From an uncultured Christensenellaceae bacterium (lineage in GTDB: Bacteria > Bacillota > Clostridia > Christensenellales > UBA3700), in the NCBI GenBank assembly GCA_910588545.1, contig CAJUOU010000003.1:123999-187998 (forward strand): a DNA stretch of 64,000 nucleotides, given 5' to 3'. The position numbers were made by a program, and so were the translations under genes. This document shows, piece by piece, positions 28,777 through 40,522 of the stretch (the first letter of the stretch is position 1; each line of letters opens with the position of its first letter). The notes below the pieces were generated by a model. The model was given only the letters and a program-made list of their open reading frames with translations. It was not told the DNA's origin and did no database searches.

Positions 28777-28907
28777 AATAAGACCTCCTATACGAAATTT
28801 ATTATACAGTGCTTTACACTGCAAGTCAAGCATTTTACAGTGGTTTGCACTACAACATTAGTGATAAACGATTAGCATTGTTACAAACTAATAAGTAGTG
28901 AGGGATT

Positions 28908-29120
28908 ATGATAGCACAAGAATTAGGAAGAAGATTAAAAAACGAACGCAAGGCAAAAGGCTTTACTCAAAAAGTAATGGCGGAAAAAATGGGAATGGTT
29001 TTACAGCAATACCAAACTTATGAAAGTGGCAGGTATCAGCTTGACTACGAAAAGCTTAAACAAGTATGTATAATTTTGGATATATCTGCTGACTATTTAC
29101 TTGGAATTACACAATATTAA
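28908..29120 (+). CDS. Small XRE-family HTH regulator
   Basis: 70 aa with the HTH_3 pattern LKNERKAKGFTQKVMAEKMGMVLQQYQTYESG...LKQVCIILDISADYLLG. Confidence 0.85.
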   Translation: MIAQELGRRLKNERKAKGFTQKVMAEKMGMVLQQYQTYESGRYQLDYEKLKQVCIILDISADYLLGITQY

Positions 29121-29218
29121 ATGCAAAGCAAATAAAATACATTTTGACATTAGCTTAAAAACAAGTAAAAAAACCTTTGAAAATCGGTACTAATAATGCT
29201 ACTTTTGGCAAAAATTAA

Positions 29219-29247
29219 GGAACACTCAGTTTGAGTGTTCCTTTTTT
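29219..29247 (+). terminator. Terminator of the XRE gene
   Basis: GGAACACTC-AGTT-TGAGTGTTCC followed by TTTTTT. Confidence 0.75.
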
Positions 29248-29263
29248 ATTAGCATTTTTAAAG

Positions 29264-29292
29264 AAAAAAACCGAAAATAAATTTCGGTTTTT
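29264..29292 (-). terminator. Terminator of pdxS (bidirectional hairpin)
   Basis: AAAAAAACCGAAA-TAAA-TTTCGGTTTTTT. Confidence 0.75.
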
Positions 29293-29312
29293 TATTATTT
29301 TTTGTTTATTAA

Positions 29313-30176
29313 TTATTGACCGCGTTCTTCCATTTTGATTTTGATTTCGTCGCAGTTGATACCAACGATTGGCTCGCCCAAATCTTCGGACAATCTTGCA
29401 ATCAAATCATAGTCCATATAATTTTCTACCGAGCGAACGATTGCATCAGCTCTTTTTGCAGGGTTGCCGGACTTAAATATACCGCTACCTACAAATACAC
29501 CCTCTGCACCTAAATGCCTCATTAAAACTGCATCTGCAGGAGTTGCAACGCCACCAGCTGAGAAGTTTGGAACAGGCAATTTGCCGTTTTCGTGAACAAA
29601 CTTAATCAAATCGTAAGGAACTTGAAGTTGCTTTGCCTCCTCATAAAGTTCGTCTGGGCTCATAGCCTTAACTGCTCTCATTTGCGCTTGCATTGCTCTC
29701 ATGTGTCTAACAGCTTGAACAACGTCTCCTGTACCTGCCTCGCCCTTAGTTCTTATCATGCTTGCACCCTCTTGCACACGGCGAAGAGCTTCGCCTAAGT
29801 TTCTTGCACCGCAAACAAATGGAGCTTTGAAAGACATTTTGTCAACATGATAAACATCGTCTGCAGGAGTTAAAACCTCACTTTCGTCGATAAAATCAAT
29901 ATCCATAGCCTCAAGTAATCTTGCCTCTATAAAATGACCGATTCTGCATTTAGCCATTACAGGAATTTTAACTGCTTTTTGAATTTCCCTAATCATTTTA
30001 GGGTCGCTCATACGGCTTACGCCGCCCTCTCTTCTGATATCTGCAGGAACTCTTTCCAAAGCCATAACTGCACCAGCACCTGCTGCCTCAGCGATTTTAG
30101 CTTGCTCAACAGTGGTAACATCCATAATTACTTTGCCTTTCAAACTTTCTGCGATAGGATTGTTAATTTTGTACAT
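29313..30176 (-). CDS. pdxS: Pyridoxal 5'-phosphate synthase lyase subunit PdxS
   Basis: [23 protein letters not shown] and the rest of the (beta/alpha)8 PdxS pattern are present. 287 aa. Confidence 0.95.
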   Translation of the reverse strand: MYKINNPIAESLKGKVIMDVTTVEQAKIAEAAGAGAVMALERVPADIRREGGVSRMSDPKMIREIQKAVKIPVMAKCRIGHFIEARLLEAMDIDFIDESEVLTPADDVYHVDKMSFKAPFVCGARNLGEALRRVQEGASMIRTKGEAGTGDVVQAVRHMRAMQAQMRAVKAMSPDELYEEAKQLQVPYDLIKFVHENGKLPVPNFSAGGVATPADAVLMRHLGAEGVFVGSGIFKSGNPAKRADAIVRSVENYMDYDLIARLSEDLGEPIVGINCDEIKIKMEERGQ

Positions 30177-30455
30177 ATATATAAATCTCCTTTGTAGGTT
30201 TTATAATTTTTTCTACTTTAGTATAGCACAAATTAGTAAAAATTTACAAGCAATAATAAATAATTAACTTAAAATTTTATTTATTATCTGCCATAAAATT
30301 TAGTTATATTGCTTTTAGCAAAATATTTAAAATGTTTTTGATAAGTTAATTAAATATAAATGTTGAAATTTTTTAAGTCTTTTAAGACTTAACCAATACA
30401 TTTCCAATTTTATTTGATATAATATGTACATTAACATTTTAAAAAAGGAGTTTTT

Positions 30456-30722
30456 ATGACTTTAATTGAGGCAATAGCAATAAAAACAAAAAATTTAATG
30501 CAAGAAAAAAATATTTCTCAACAAATGTTGGAGACAAAAACGAATATATCTCATTATAGTATGAACAAAATACTTAAATGCAAATACAAAGATATCGACA
30601 TTGTAACAATACTTAAAATATGTAATGCCTTTGGCATAACAATAAACGAATTTTTAAATGATGATTTATTTACAATGTCAAATTTACAAATAACAAACAA
30701 TAGCCAACATATAAATAGATAA
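30456..30722 (+). CDS. Small HTH (XRE-like) protein
   Basis: 88 aa: LMQEKNISQQMLETKTNISHYSMNKIL......ILKICNAFGITINEFLND. SD is AAGGAG. Confidence 0.7.
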   Translation: MTLIEAIAIKTKNLMQEKNISQQMLETKTNISHYSMNKILKCKYKDIDIVTILKICNAFGITINEFLNDDLFTMSNLQITNNSQHINR

Positions 30723-30750
30723 AAAAGATTGCGATTTCGCAATCTTTTTT
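30721..30750. terminator. Bidirectional terminator
   Basis: AAAAAAGATTGCGA-TT-TCGCAATCTTTTTT. Confidence 0.8.
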
Positions 30751-30751
30751 A

Positions 30752-31036
30752 TTATTTTAATATAGATTTTTCCACTGCTTTTTTGTAGCCGTCCGAGCCG
30801 TGATTTACGCACTTGGAAACTCTGCTTAATGTAGCGGAAGAAATACCTGTTTGTGATATTACTTCGTTGTAAGTCATACCTTCCAACAAAAGTTTTGCCG
30901 CTCTTAAACGTTGAGCCATTTGCTCAACTTCCTTATATGTACAAAGGTCGTCAAACAAAGCCTTACATTCCTCCACGCTTTCTATATCCGTTATTGCCTT
31001 ATACAAATCGGGCAAAAATTCTTCATAATTCGACAT
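30752..31036 (-). CDS. YerC/YecD-family TrpR-like DNA-binding protein
   Basis: 94 aa: EECKALFDDLCTYKEVEQMAQRLRAAKLLLEGMTYNEVISQTGISSATLSRVSKC is the YerC/YecD signature. It lies 11 nt downstream of the ABC ATPase gene. Confidence 0.8.
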   Translation of the reverse strand: MSNYEEFLPDLYKAITDIESVEECKALFDDLCTYKEVEQMAQRLRAAKLLLEGMTYNEVISQTGISSATLSRVSKCVNHGSDGYKKAVEKSILK

Positions 31037-31047
31037 TTTCTCCCCCT

Positions 31048-32016
31048 TTATGCCTTAAGTATTTTATCCATAAACTCTTTTGTTCTTTGCTCTGTTGGGT
31101 TGTCGATAACTGCTTTTGCATCGCCATACTCCAAAATCTTACCGCCATCAAGGAAGATTACTTTGTCCGCAATTTCCCTTGCAAACATAATTTCGTGCGT
31201 AACGATTAGCATTGTTGTACCGCTTTCCCTTAGTCCGCTTATAACTTTTAATACCTCGCCTGTAAGCTCTGGGTCAAGTGCCGAAGTCGGCTCGTCAAAA
31301 CACAAAATTTCAGGAGATAGGCAAAGTGCTCTTGCTATTGCAACCCTTTGTTTTTGTCCGCCGCTTATCTCGCAAGGATATGCGTTTTCCTTATCGGATA
31401 GTCCTACTTTTGCAAGTTGTTCTTTTGCTAAATTTATAGCTACTTGCTTATCCATATTTTTAACCAACATTGGCGCCATTATCAAGTTTTCTATCACTGT
31501 TTTGTGTGGGAACAAATTAAAATCTTGAAAAACAAGTCCCATTTTCAACGCTTTTTCCCTCAAAACATTGTCTTTCGGATATAGACTAACATTGATTTCG
31601 GAAAGTGGATTTCCGTTTTCATCCGTAGGGATATATTTTTTGAAAAAATTATATTTGTAAGTCATATCTACGGGTACTGTAGTAAAAAACTTAAATTTTT
31701 TCTTACCGTTTTCCTCATATTTATTTACAAACTTAAACTTTTTGCCACTGCCGCAAGGCAACTTTTGCACAAACATAAACTTAGGTTTTACAGGTTGTAA
31801 TTCACTTGGGACAATTTCTTCCCCGCCAATCCAAATACTTCCGCTTTGTGCTTTTTCCAAAAATGTTAAACATCTTAGCAAAGTTGACTTTCCGCCACCG
31901 CTTGAGCCGATAATTGCAATTACTTCGCCCTTTTGCATACTAAAGCTTATATCTTTAAGTACATGGTTTAATCCAAAGGACTTATTCAAATTTTTTATTT
32001 CCAAAATCTTTTCCAT
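31048..32016 (-). CDS. Polar amino-acid ABC transporter ATP-binding protein with a ~70-aa Lys/Phe-rich insertion
   Basis: Motifs present: Walker A GSSGGGKST, Q-loop MGLVFQDFNLFPH, signature ISGGQKQR, Walker [12 protein letters not shown], and H-loop VTHEI. It is 322 aa against the usual ~240. Confidence 0.9.
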   Translation of the reverse strand: MEKILEIKNLNKSFGLNHVLKDISFSMQKGEVIAIIGSSGGGKSTLLRCLTFLEKAQSGSIWIGGEEIVPSELQPVKPKFMFVQKLPCGSGKKFKFVNKYEENGKKKFKFFTTVPVDMTYKYNFFKKYIPTDENGNPLSEINVSLYPKDNVLREKALKMGLVFQDFNLFPHKTVIENLIMAPMLVKNMDKQVAINLAKEQLAKVGLSDKENAYPCEISGGQKQRVAIARALCLSPEILCFDEPTSALDPELTGEVLKVISGLRESGTTMLIVTHEIMFAREIADKVIFLDGGKILEYGDAKAVIDNPTEQRTKEFMDKILKA

Positions 32017-32027
32017 AAAATCCTCCC

Positions 32028-32675
32028 TTACCTGTACCTATTTGTTCGCTTTTCAAGCTGTGCAAATACGATTGACAATATTCCAACAAATACAAGATAA
32101 AAAATTCCTGTGCCAAACATAGGCCAAATATTTGCGGTAATACTTCTTATGCTGTTAGCTCTAAACAATAATTCCGGCAAACCAATAACTCTTGCTATCG
32201 AAGTATCTTTTACCAATGTAATAATTTCGTTACTCATTGGAGGCAATATATTTTTATAAATTTGCGGCATTGCAACATTTACAAATGCTTGAGATTTTTT
32301 CATACCCAAAACTTGACAAGCTTCGTATTGACCTTTTGGGACAGCGTTTATACCACCTTTGAATATTACCGAAAAATAACAAGCATAATTTATTGCAAAA
32401 GCAATTATTGTAGCTGTAAACTCAAAATCCCTTAATCTTACATCAAAAAGTAGCCCCGGACCATAATATATAATCATTAATTGCAACATTAGCGGAGTAC
32501 CTCTTACTACCCAAATTATGGAATTCATAAGTCCGCTTACTATTTTTATCTTGCTTTTTTGTAAAAATGAAAAAATAAGTCCTAAAGGCAAAGCAATGAC
32601 AAGGGTAGCAAAAAATATTGCTACCGTCATGCCAAAGCCTTTAAATAAACTATCCATTATAACTTGAATACTCAT
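32028..32675 (-). CDS. Amino-acid ABC transporter permease
   Basis: 215 aa, multi-TM. The EAA loop is KGQYEACQVLGMKKSQAFVNVAMPQ. Confidence 0.9.
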   Translation of the reverse strand: MSIQVIMDSLFKGFGMTVAIFFATLVIALPLGLIFSFLQKSKIKIVSGLMNSIIWVVRGTPLMLQLMIIYYGPGLLFDVRLRDFEFTATIIAFAINYACYFSVIFKGGINAVPKGQYEACQVLGMKKSQAFVNVAMPQIYKNILPPMSNEIITLVKDTSIARVIGLPELLFRANSIRSITANIWPMFGTGIFYLVFVGILSIVFAQLEKRTNRYR

Positions 32676-32701
32676 AATAACCTTGATAAATAACTTTTAT
32701 G

Positions 32702-33604
32702 TTATTTAATTTCTTCCCATACAGTTTTTTGCTCAGGATTTTTTTCTAACCAAGCTGCAAATACTTCATTATCGATAGTATTAAAGATTTTTAAAGCTTC
32801 GTTATTTCCTGCGGAACCTTTTTCTACGGAGATTATACAACCTTTCAAGTCCTCAATTTTCTTATAACTATTTGCCTTATCTTTTCTTGCTACGATAACT
32901 TGCTCATTTGTTAAGTAAGGTACAGAAATTTCAGCTTTGTCTTCAAAACCTTTTCTAATTGTCATACCATTCCAAACCAAATCGATTGCATTAGAATTTA
33001 ACTCATCAAATTTGCTATCCCATTCAATTACTTTTCCTTTAATAGTAATACCTTGGTCAGCGAAAACTGCTTTTGCCAAATCAAAGTCAAAACCTTCCGG
33101 TGCTTCATTTGACCCCATACCATAAGGCGGTGCGATTGTAAATCCGATAGTGATTGTATTATTTACAATTTCGCTCTTCCAATCTTCCCATTCGCCTGTA
33201 GGTGCTGCAAATTCAACTGCTCTGCTCTGTAGACCGTATTTTTTGCAAATTTCTTTGTAATCGGTATCTTTAATTTCATAAAGTCTTTTGTTGATAAAAT
33301 TCATCAATTTTGTTTTACCTTTCTTTGCCGCTACACCATAAGACTCAGCTTCAGGTTTGAAATCTTCTAGTTCGATAATCGTTAATTTGTCATAAGAGTT
33401 GCCTTCTTGTGCCAAAGTGTATCCTGCAAATACACCATCAACGATAGCTATGTCTGCTTGATTAGCTTGCACATCCATTAAAGCATCTGTTTGTGCTGTA
33501 GGGGTTTTTAAATCTGTATCTGGTTTTGCACAACCTACTAGACTGACGATTGAGATTACTGCTGTTGCTACTACTGCTAGCACAATACCTAATTTCTTTT
33601 TCAT
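32702..33604 (-). CDS. Family-3 solute-binding lipoprotein with apparently circularly permuted domain order
   Basis: The start is set at ATG 33604 (MKKKLG, SD AAGGAG), whereas the track ORF begins at a TTG. The lipobox is LVGC. The C-lobe-like segment (ADIAIVDGVFAGY...YGVAAKKGKTKLMNFINKRLYEIK.TDYKEICKKYGL) precedes the N-lobe-like segment (ITIGFTIAPPYG...GFDFDLAKAVFA...VWNGMTIRKGFEDKAEISVPYL). Confidence 0.8.
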   Translation of the reverse strand: MKKKLGIVLAVVATAVISIVSLVGCAKPDTDLKTPTAQTDALMDVQANQADIAIVDGVFAGYTLAQEGNSYDKLTIIELEDFKPEAESYGVAAKKGKTKLMNFINKRLYEIKDTDYKEICKKYGLQSRAVEFAAPTGEWEDWKSEIVNNTITIGFTIAPPYGMGSNEAPEGFDFDLAKAVFADQGITIKGKVIEWDSKFDELNSNAIDLVWNGMTIRKGFEDKAEISVPYLTNEQVIVARKDKANSYKKIEDLKGCIISVEKGSAGNNEALKIFNTIDNEVFAAWLEKNPEQKTVWEEIK

Positions 33605-33658
33605 TTTTATTCTCCTTATTAATTGCATTTTGCAATCTTGTTTTTTGTTTATGCTACT

Positions 33659-33687
33659 ATTATACTTTAGTACGCTAAAGTTGTAAA
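33659..33687 (-). promoter_or_regulatory. Promoter of amino-acid ABC operon 2
   Basis: The minus strand reads TTTACA, a 17-nt spacer, then TATAAT. The spacer is entirely occupied by the palindrome at 33664-33681. Confidence 0.65.
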
Positions 33688-33739
33688 GTGTTTTTCGGTA
33701 ATTTCTTTGATTTTTGCAAATACTTTACCGTGCTAAAGT
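33664..33739. promoter_or_regulatory. Two copies of the palindrome ACTTTAG-N4-CTAAAGT (candidate operators)
   Basis: ACTTTAGTACGCTAAAGT (33664-33681, perfect 7-bp arms) and ACTTTACCGTGCTAAAGT (33722-33739, 6/7). Their centres are 58 bp apart. Confidence 0.55.
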
Positions 33740-33910
33740 ACAATTGCACAAACACACTTATATTTGTTACTTATATTTAGCCGTAAATATACTAAAATTA
33801 AAGTTTTACGCATAAAAAGGAGTATTTTTATCAACCCAATGTCAATTTTGTGCATTGTTCGATAGTAACCTTAAAAACTCGACTTTTATTTTATAAAAGC
33901 ATTTACAAAA

Positions 33911-33945
33911 AAATTACACCGTACATAATATACAGTGTAATTAAT
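33911..33945 (-). terminator. Probable terminator downstream of the beta-galactosidase gene
   Basis: The minus strand reads ATTACAC...GTGTAAT followed by TTTTTTT. Confidence 0.5.
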
Positions 33946-33961
33946 AATTATAATATTAAAA

Positions 33962-37018
<3,057 letters not shown>

Positions 37019-37227
37019 TTATTATAAATTTTTTATTATTCACAAAATTTTTTTAACAATTCTTTTAATTTTCAATATCTCATTATTACTTGCTAATGTT
37101 TGTATTTAACTGTCATATTTAAAAATATCTAAGCAAAATAATTTTCAGTTATTTTAAACACACTTTTCAAAAAATGCAATTAATACCGATTTTTGAAAAA
37201 TTTTTCAAAATATTAGTATTTAAATTA

Positions 37228-38802
37228 TTATTCCATATCCAAATAATCTTCGTAATTCATTTCCTTATCGAACACCTTAGTGCCGTTAATTTCGATTATC
37301 CTATTTGCAACGGTAGACAAAATTTCTTGGTCGTGTGTTGCAAAAAGCATATTGCCTTTAAAGTTTATCATACCTTTGTTAAGCGAAGTGATAGACTCCA
37401 AATCCAAATGGTTTGTTGGCTCGTCCATAATCAAAAAGTTACCTCCTGCAAGCATCATTCTTGCAAGCATACATCTAACCTTTTCGCCACCACTTAGCAC
37501 TTTTGCGGATTTTTTAACTTCCTCGCCGGAGAATAACATTCTGCCAAGCCAACCACGCAAAAACTCTTCATATTGCTCCTTAGGAGAATATTGTCCTATC
37601 CATTGCACCAAATTCAAATCGCAACCATCAAAGTACTTAGAGTTATTTTCGGGAAGATAGCTTGGAATAATAGTTTTTCCCCATTCAATAGTACCGCTGT
37701 CTGCACTTTCCTCGCCCATCAAAATGTCAAAAAGCATTGTGATAGTGGTTGATTTATCTGCCAAAAATGCAATTTTTTCATCCGCTTTTACCATAAAGCT
37801 GACATTTTCAAAATAACCTTTTTTGGTCAAATTTTCAACCTTTAAAATCTCTCTTCCTATCTCCCTTTCATACTTAAAATCCACAAACGGATATTTACGC
37901 ATAGATGGTTTGATATCATTCAAGGTCAATTTTTCAAGCTCTTTTTTACGGCTTGTTGCTTGTCTTGATTTTGACGCATTTGCAGAGAATTTTGCAATAA
38001 ACTCTTGCAACTCTTTTGCTCTTGCCTCAGCTTTTTTATTTTGTTCCCTTGCTTGTCTTGCAAGTAATTGCGAGGTTTCGTACCAAAAATCGTAGTTGCC
38101 GACAAATACGTTTATATGCCCAAAGTCCACATCACAAATATGTGTACAAACTCTGTTTAAAAAGTGTCTATTGTGAGAAACGATAATGATAGTATTTTCA
38201 AAATCCATCAAATAATTTTCAAGCCATCTTGTGGTTTTTGCATCCAAGTTGTTAGTTGGCTCGTCTAAAATCAAAATATCCGGATTGCCAAAAAGCGCTT
38301 GAGCAAGCAATACTTTTACCTTGGTTTTTGCATCCAAATCTGCCATTAAGGTATTGTTTAAAGAGTTATCTATCTTTAATTCGTTAAGCAATGTTTCCGC
38401 TTCGCTCTCTGCCTCCCAGCCGCCAAGCTCTGCAAACTCTCCCTCAAGTTCCGATGCTAAAATGCCGTCTTCCTCGGTAAAATCCTCTTTTGCATAAAGA
38501 GCTTCCTTTTGTATCATAATTTCATACATTCTGCTATGACCTTTTAAAACAGTTTGCAAAACTGTCAAATCGTCATAAGCATTTTGGTTTTGTTGCAAAA
38601 CGGACATTCTCTCTTGCTTGCCTATACTTACATTGCCGTGGGTAGGCTCGATATCTCCCGATAAGATTTTTAAAAATGTAGATTTCCCCGCACCATTCGC
38701 ACCGATAACTCCATAGCAATTACCTTTGGTAAACTTTATATTAACTTCCTCAAATAATTTCCTTTGTCCAAACTGTAAACTCAAATCATTAACTTGTAAC
38801 AT
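37228..38802 (-). CDS. ABC-F family ATPase (YbiT-like) with a degenerate second P-loop
   Basis: Near-colinear with E. coli YbiT as I recall it (MLQVNDLSLQFG.., GANGAGKST, FSANASKSRQATSR linker). ATG 38802 (SD AAAGGTG) is preferred over GTG 38811. The NBD2 Walker A position reads LADKSTTIT. Confidence 0.85.
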   Translation of the reverse strand: MLQVNDLSLQFGQRKLFEEVNIKFTKGNCYGVIGANGAGKSTFLKILSGDIEPTHGNVSIGKQERMSVLQQNQNAYDDLTVLQTVLKGHSRMYEIMIQKEALYAKEDFTEEDGILASELEGEFAELGGWEAESEAETLLNELKIDNSLNNTLMADLDAKTKVKVLLAQALFGNPDILILDEPTNNLDAKTTRWLENYLMDFENTIIIVSHNRHFLNRVCTHICDVDFGHINVFVGNYDFWYETSQLLARQAREQNKKAEARAKELQEFIAKFSANASKSRQATSRKKELEKLTLNDIKPSMRKYPFVDFKYEREIGREILKVENLTKKGYFENVSFMVKADEKIAFLADKSTTITMLFDILMGEESADSGTIEWGKTIIPSYLPENNSKYFDGCDLNLVQWIGQYSPKEQYEEFLRGWLGRMLFSGEEVKKSAKVLSGGEKVRCMLARMMLAGGNFLIMDEPTNHLDLESITSLNKGMINFKGNMLFATHDQEILSTVANRIIEINGTKVFDKEMNYEDYLDME

Positions 38803-39120
38803 GTATTTCACCTTTTATAAATATAATATTGTAATTATATCATAATACTACCCTAATTGCAAGAGAATTATCGTTTAACCCTTTATTTATTAATATTATA
38901 TATATGAGCTATTATATCATTACATATTTTTCAAGTCAATTTAAAAAACTTTATGATATACTGTTTAACTAATTTTTACAAAAAATAAGAATTTTTACAC
39001 ATTTTCTACTTGATAATCAATTTCAAATCTATCCTAAGCTATAAATATTTCGTATTACCATTTACATCTATGATAAATTTACTTTAAAAATTTTATTCGT
39101 TCATTCTATTATTGTTTACA

Positions 39121-39165
39121 AAAATACTGCCGATTTTCAATCGAAAATCGGCAGTATTTTGTTTT
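39121..39165 (-). terminator. Terminator downstream of the ade operon (bidirectional hairpin)
   Basis: AATACTGCCGATTTTC-AAT-CGAAAATCGGCAGTATT has T-runs on both strands. Confidence 0.8.
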
Positions 39166-39232
39166 TTGATTATAATTGATATTATATTAATTATAGATTT
39201 GTCCAAATATTATATTACGTTTTTCAACTCAA

Positions 39233-40522
39233 TTATTCATTATTTTCGCTGTATTCTTCACGAGAGAATTTATCTACAAAATTGTTTTCCGCCTTTTTGG
39301 CAACCAAGTGTAAAAACAATGCCAAATAACAATCCGTAAGCTCGGAACAAACTGCTTCGCCATGAACATTACGATATTGATTGCAACCTTGGAAAGTAAA
39401 TTTTTCGTTATGCTTAAAAGTTTTTTCTATAAGTTTCATTCTTGCTTTTGCCCATTCACGGGAGCTAATGTCTATTGTTTGTCCCGCACCTAAAATATAC
39501 GCAAAAATATCCATAACATACAGCGCAGATTCATTGACTCTGCCACCTCTTATCCCGTCTGGATAAAGTATGCCGCCGCAAGGTCTATTTTTTTTATCAT
39601 AAACAGTAAATAGCCCGTTTCGCTTTCCGTCACTTTGAATTTCATAACCATAAAAAGCTTTGTAAATATCTTCGAAGTTCCTACAAGCACCGCTAGGCAA
39701 ATCTTGCTCCGCAATTTTGGAAAAAATAAATGCTTTTATACCAACGCCTATATAGCTTGTTGCAAAAGGACTTCTTGTATCAAACCTATGGATAAGCATA
39801 TCTTCATCCACATTATATCCTGCCATATCTCCATGATTTTTGGATGCAAAACAAGCCCTGTATGTCAAAATCGCCTTTTCGCGAAAGCCTTGTGCTGTTT
39901 TATCGGATTCAGTCATAACACTGATTAGATACAACAAATTTGCGTTTTCCATATTAACAATCGTTTTGCACTCTCCGTCGTTTCGGGTGCCGTCCGAATT
40001 ATAATTATATTCTATAGTTTGATTGATTACCCGTTCCCCTTCCAAATTCAAAAGATTTACGGCGTATTCCTTATCACGAAGATTTAATTTGTCCCAAACA
40101 AGCCAACAAACAAAAAGCAGCTCGGTAACGGCAGATAAATGCTCACTGCAACCGCCCCAACCATCTGTACTATTTGCTATGTGGTGGTAAAGGCAAGAAC
40201 GTATAAGTTTCATATACCTATCACGTGCTACATAAAGTTTGTGTCCGACTTCCTTTTCGTCATAAAACTTAAACTTTACAGCTGCGGCAATAGTTTTTGC
40301 CATATAAACACATTGTCTTACCGTCCTGTCGAAAGGTCCTTTTAAGCTTAGATATTCACTTTTACTTTCCTTGTTAAACCCTTTGTATTTCCACCAATCA
40401 TTCAAGCCGAATTTGACAAATTTATTGATAATCTTGCCCAAATCTTCTGCCAAATCTCCACCCAAAGGCTCGGGCTCTACCTGAATCCACTCGATTTTTT
40501 TTATATCATCCAAAACAAACAT
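39233..40522 (-). CDS. Hypothetical 429-aa cytoplasmic protein, translationally coupled to adenine deaminase
   Basis: A long ORF with no recognisable motif by eye and a largely helical composition. Its ATG shares one nucleotide with the ade stop codon (TAATG). Confidence 0.7.
   Translation of the reverse strand: MFVLDDIKKIEWIQVEPEPLGGDLAEDLGKIINKFVKFGLNDWWKYKGFNKESKSEYLSLKGPFDRTVRQCVYMAKTIAAAVKFKFYDEKEVGHKLYVARDRYMKLIRSCLYHHIANSTDGWGGCSEHLSAVTELLFVCWLVWDKLNLRDKEYAVNLLNLEGERVINQTIEYNYNSDGTRNDGECKTIVNMENANLLYLISVMTESDKTAQGFREKAILTYRACFASKNHGDMAGYNVDEDMLIHRFDTRSPFATSYIGVGIKAFIFSKIAEQDLPSGACRNFEDIYKAFYGYEIQSDGKRNGLFTVYDKKNRPCGGILYPDGIRGGRVNESALYVMDIFAYILGAGQTIDISSREWAKARMKLIEKTFKHNEKFTFQGCNQYRNVHGEAVCSELTDCYLALFLHLVAKKAENNFVDKFSREEYSENNE

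Noticed and set aside
38812-39120. A leader-peptide or attenuator of the kind seen upstream of antibiotic-resistance ABC-F genes.
   Set aside because: The region shows only a plausible TTGCAA-17-TGnTATAAT promoter close to the start codon. There is no short ORF plus alternative hairpins, and the protein is YbiT-like rather than ARE-like.
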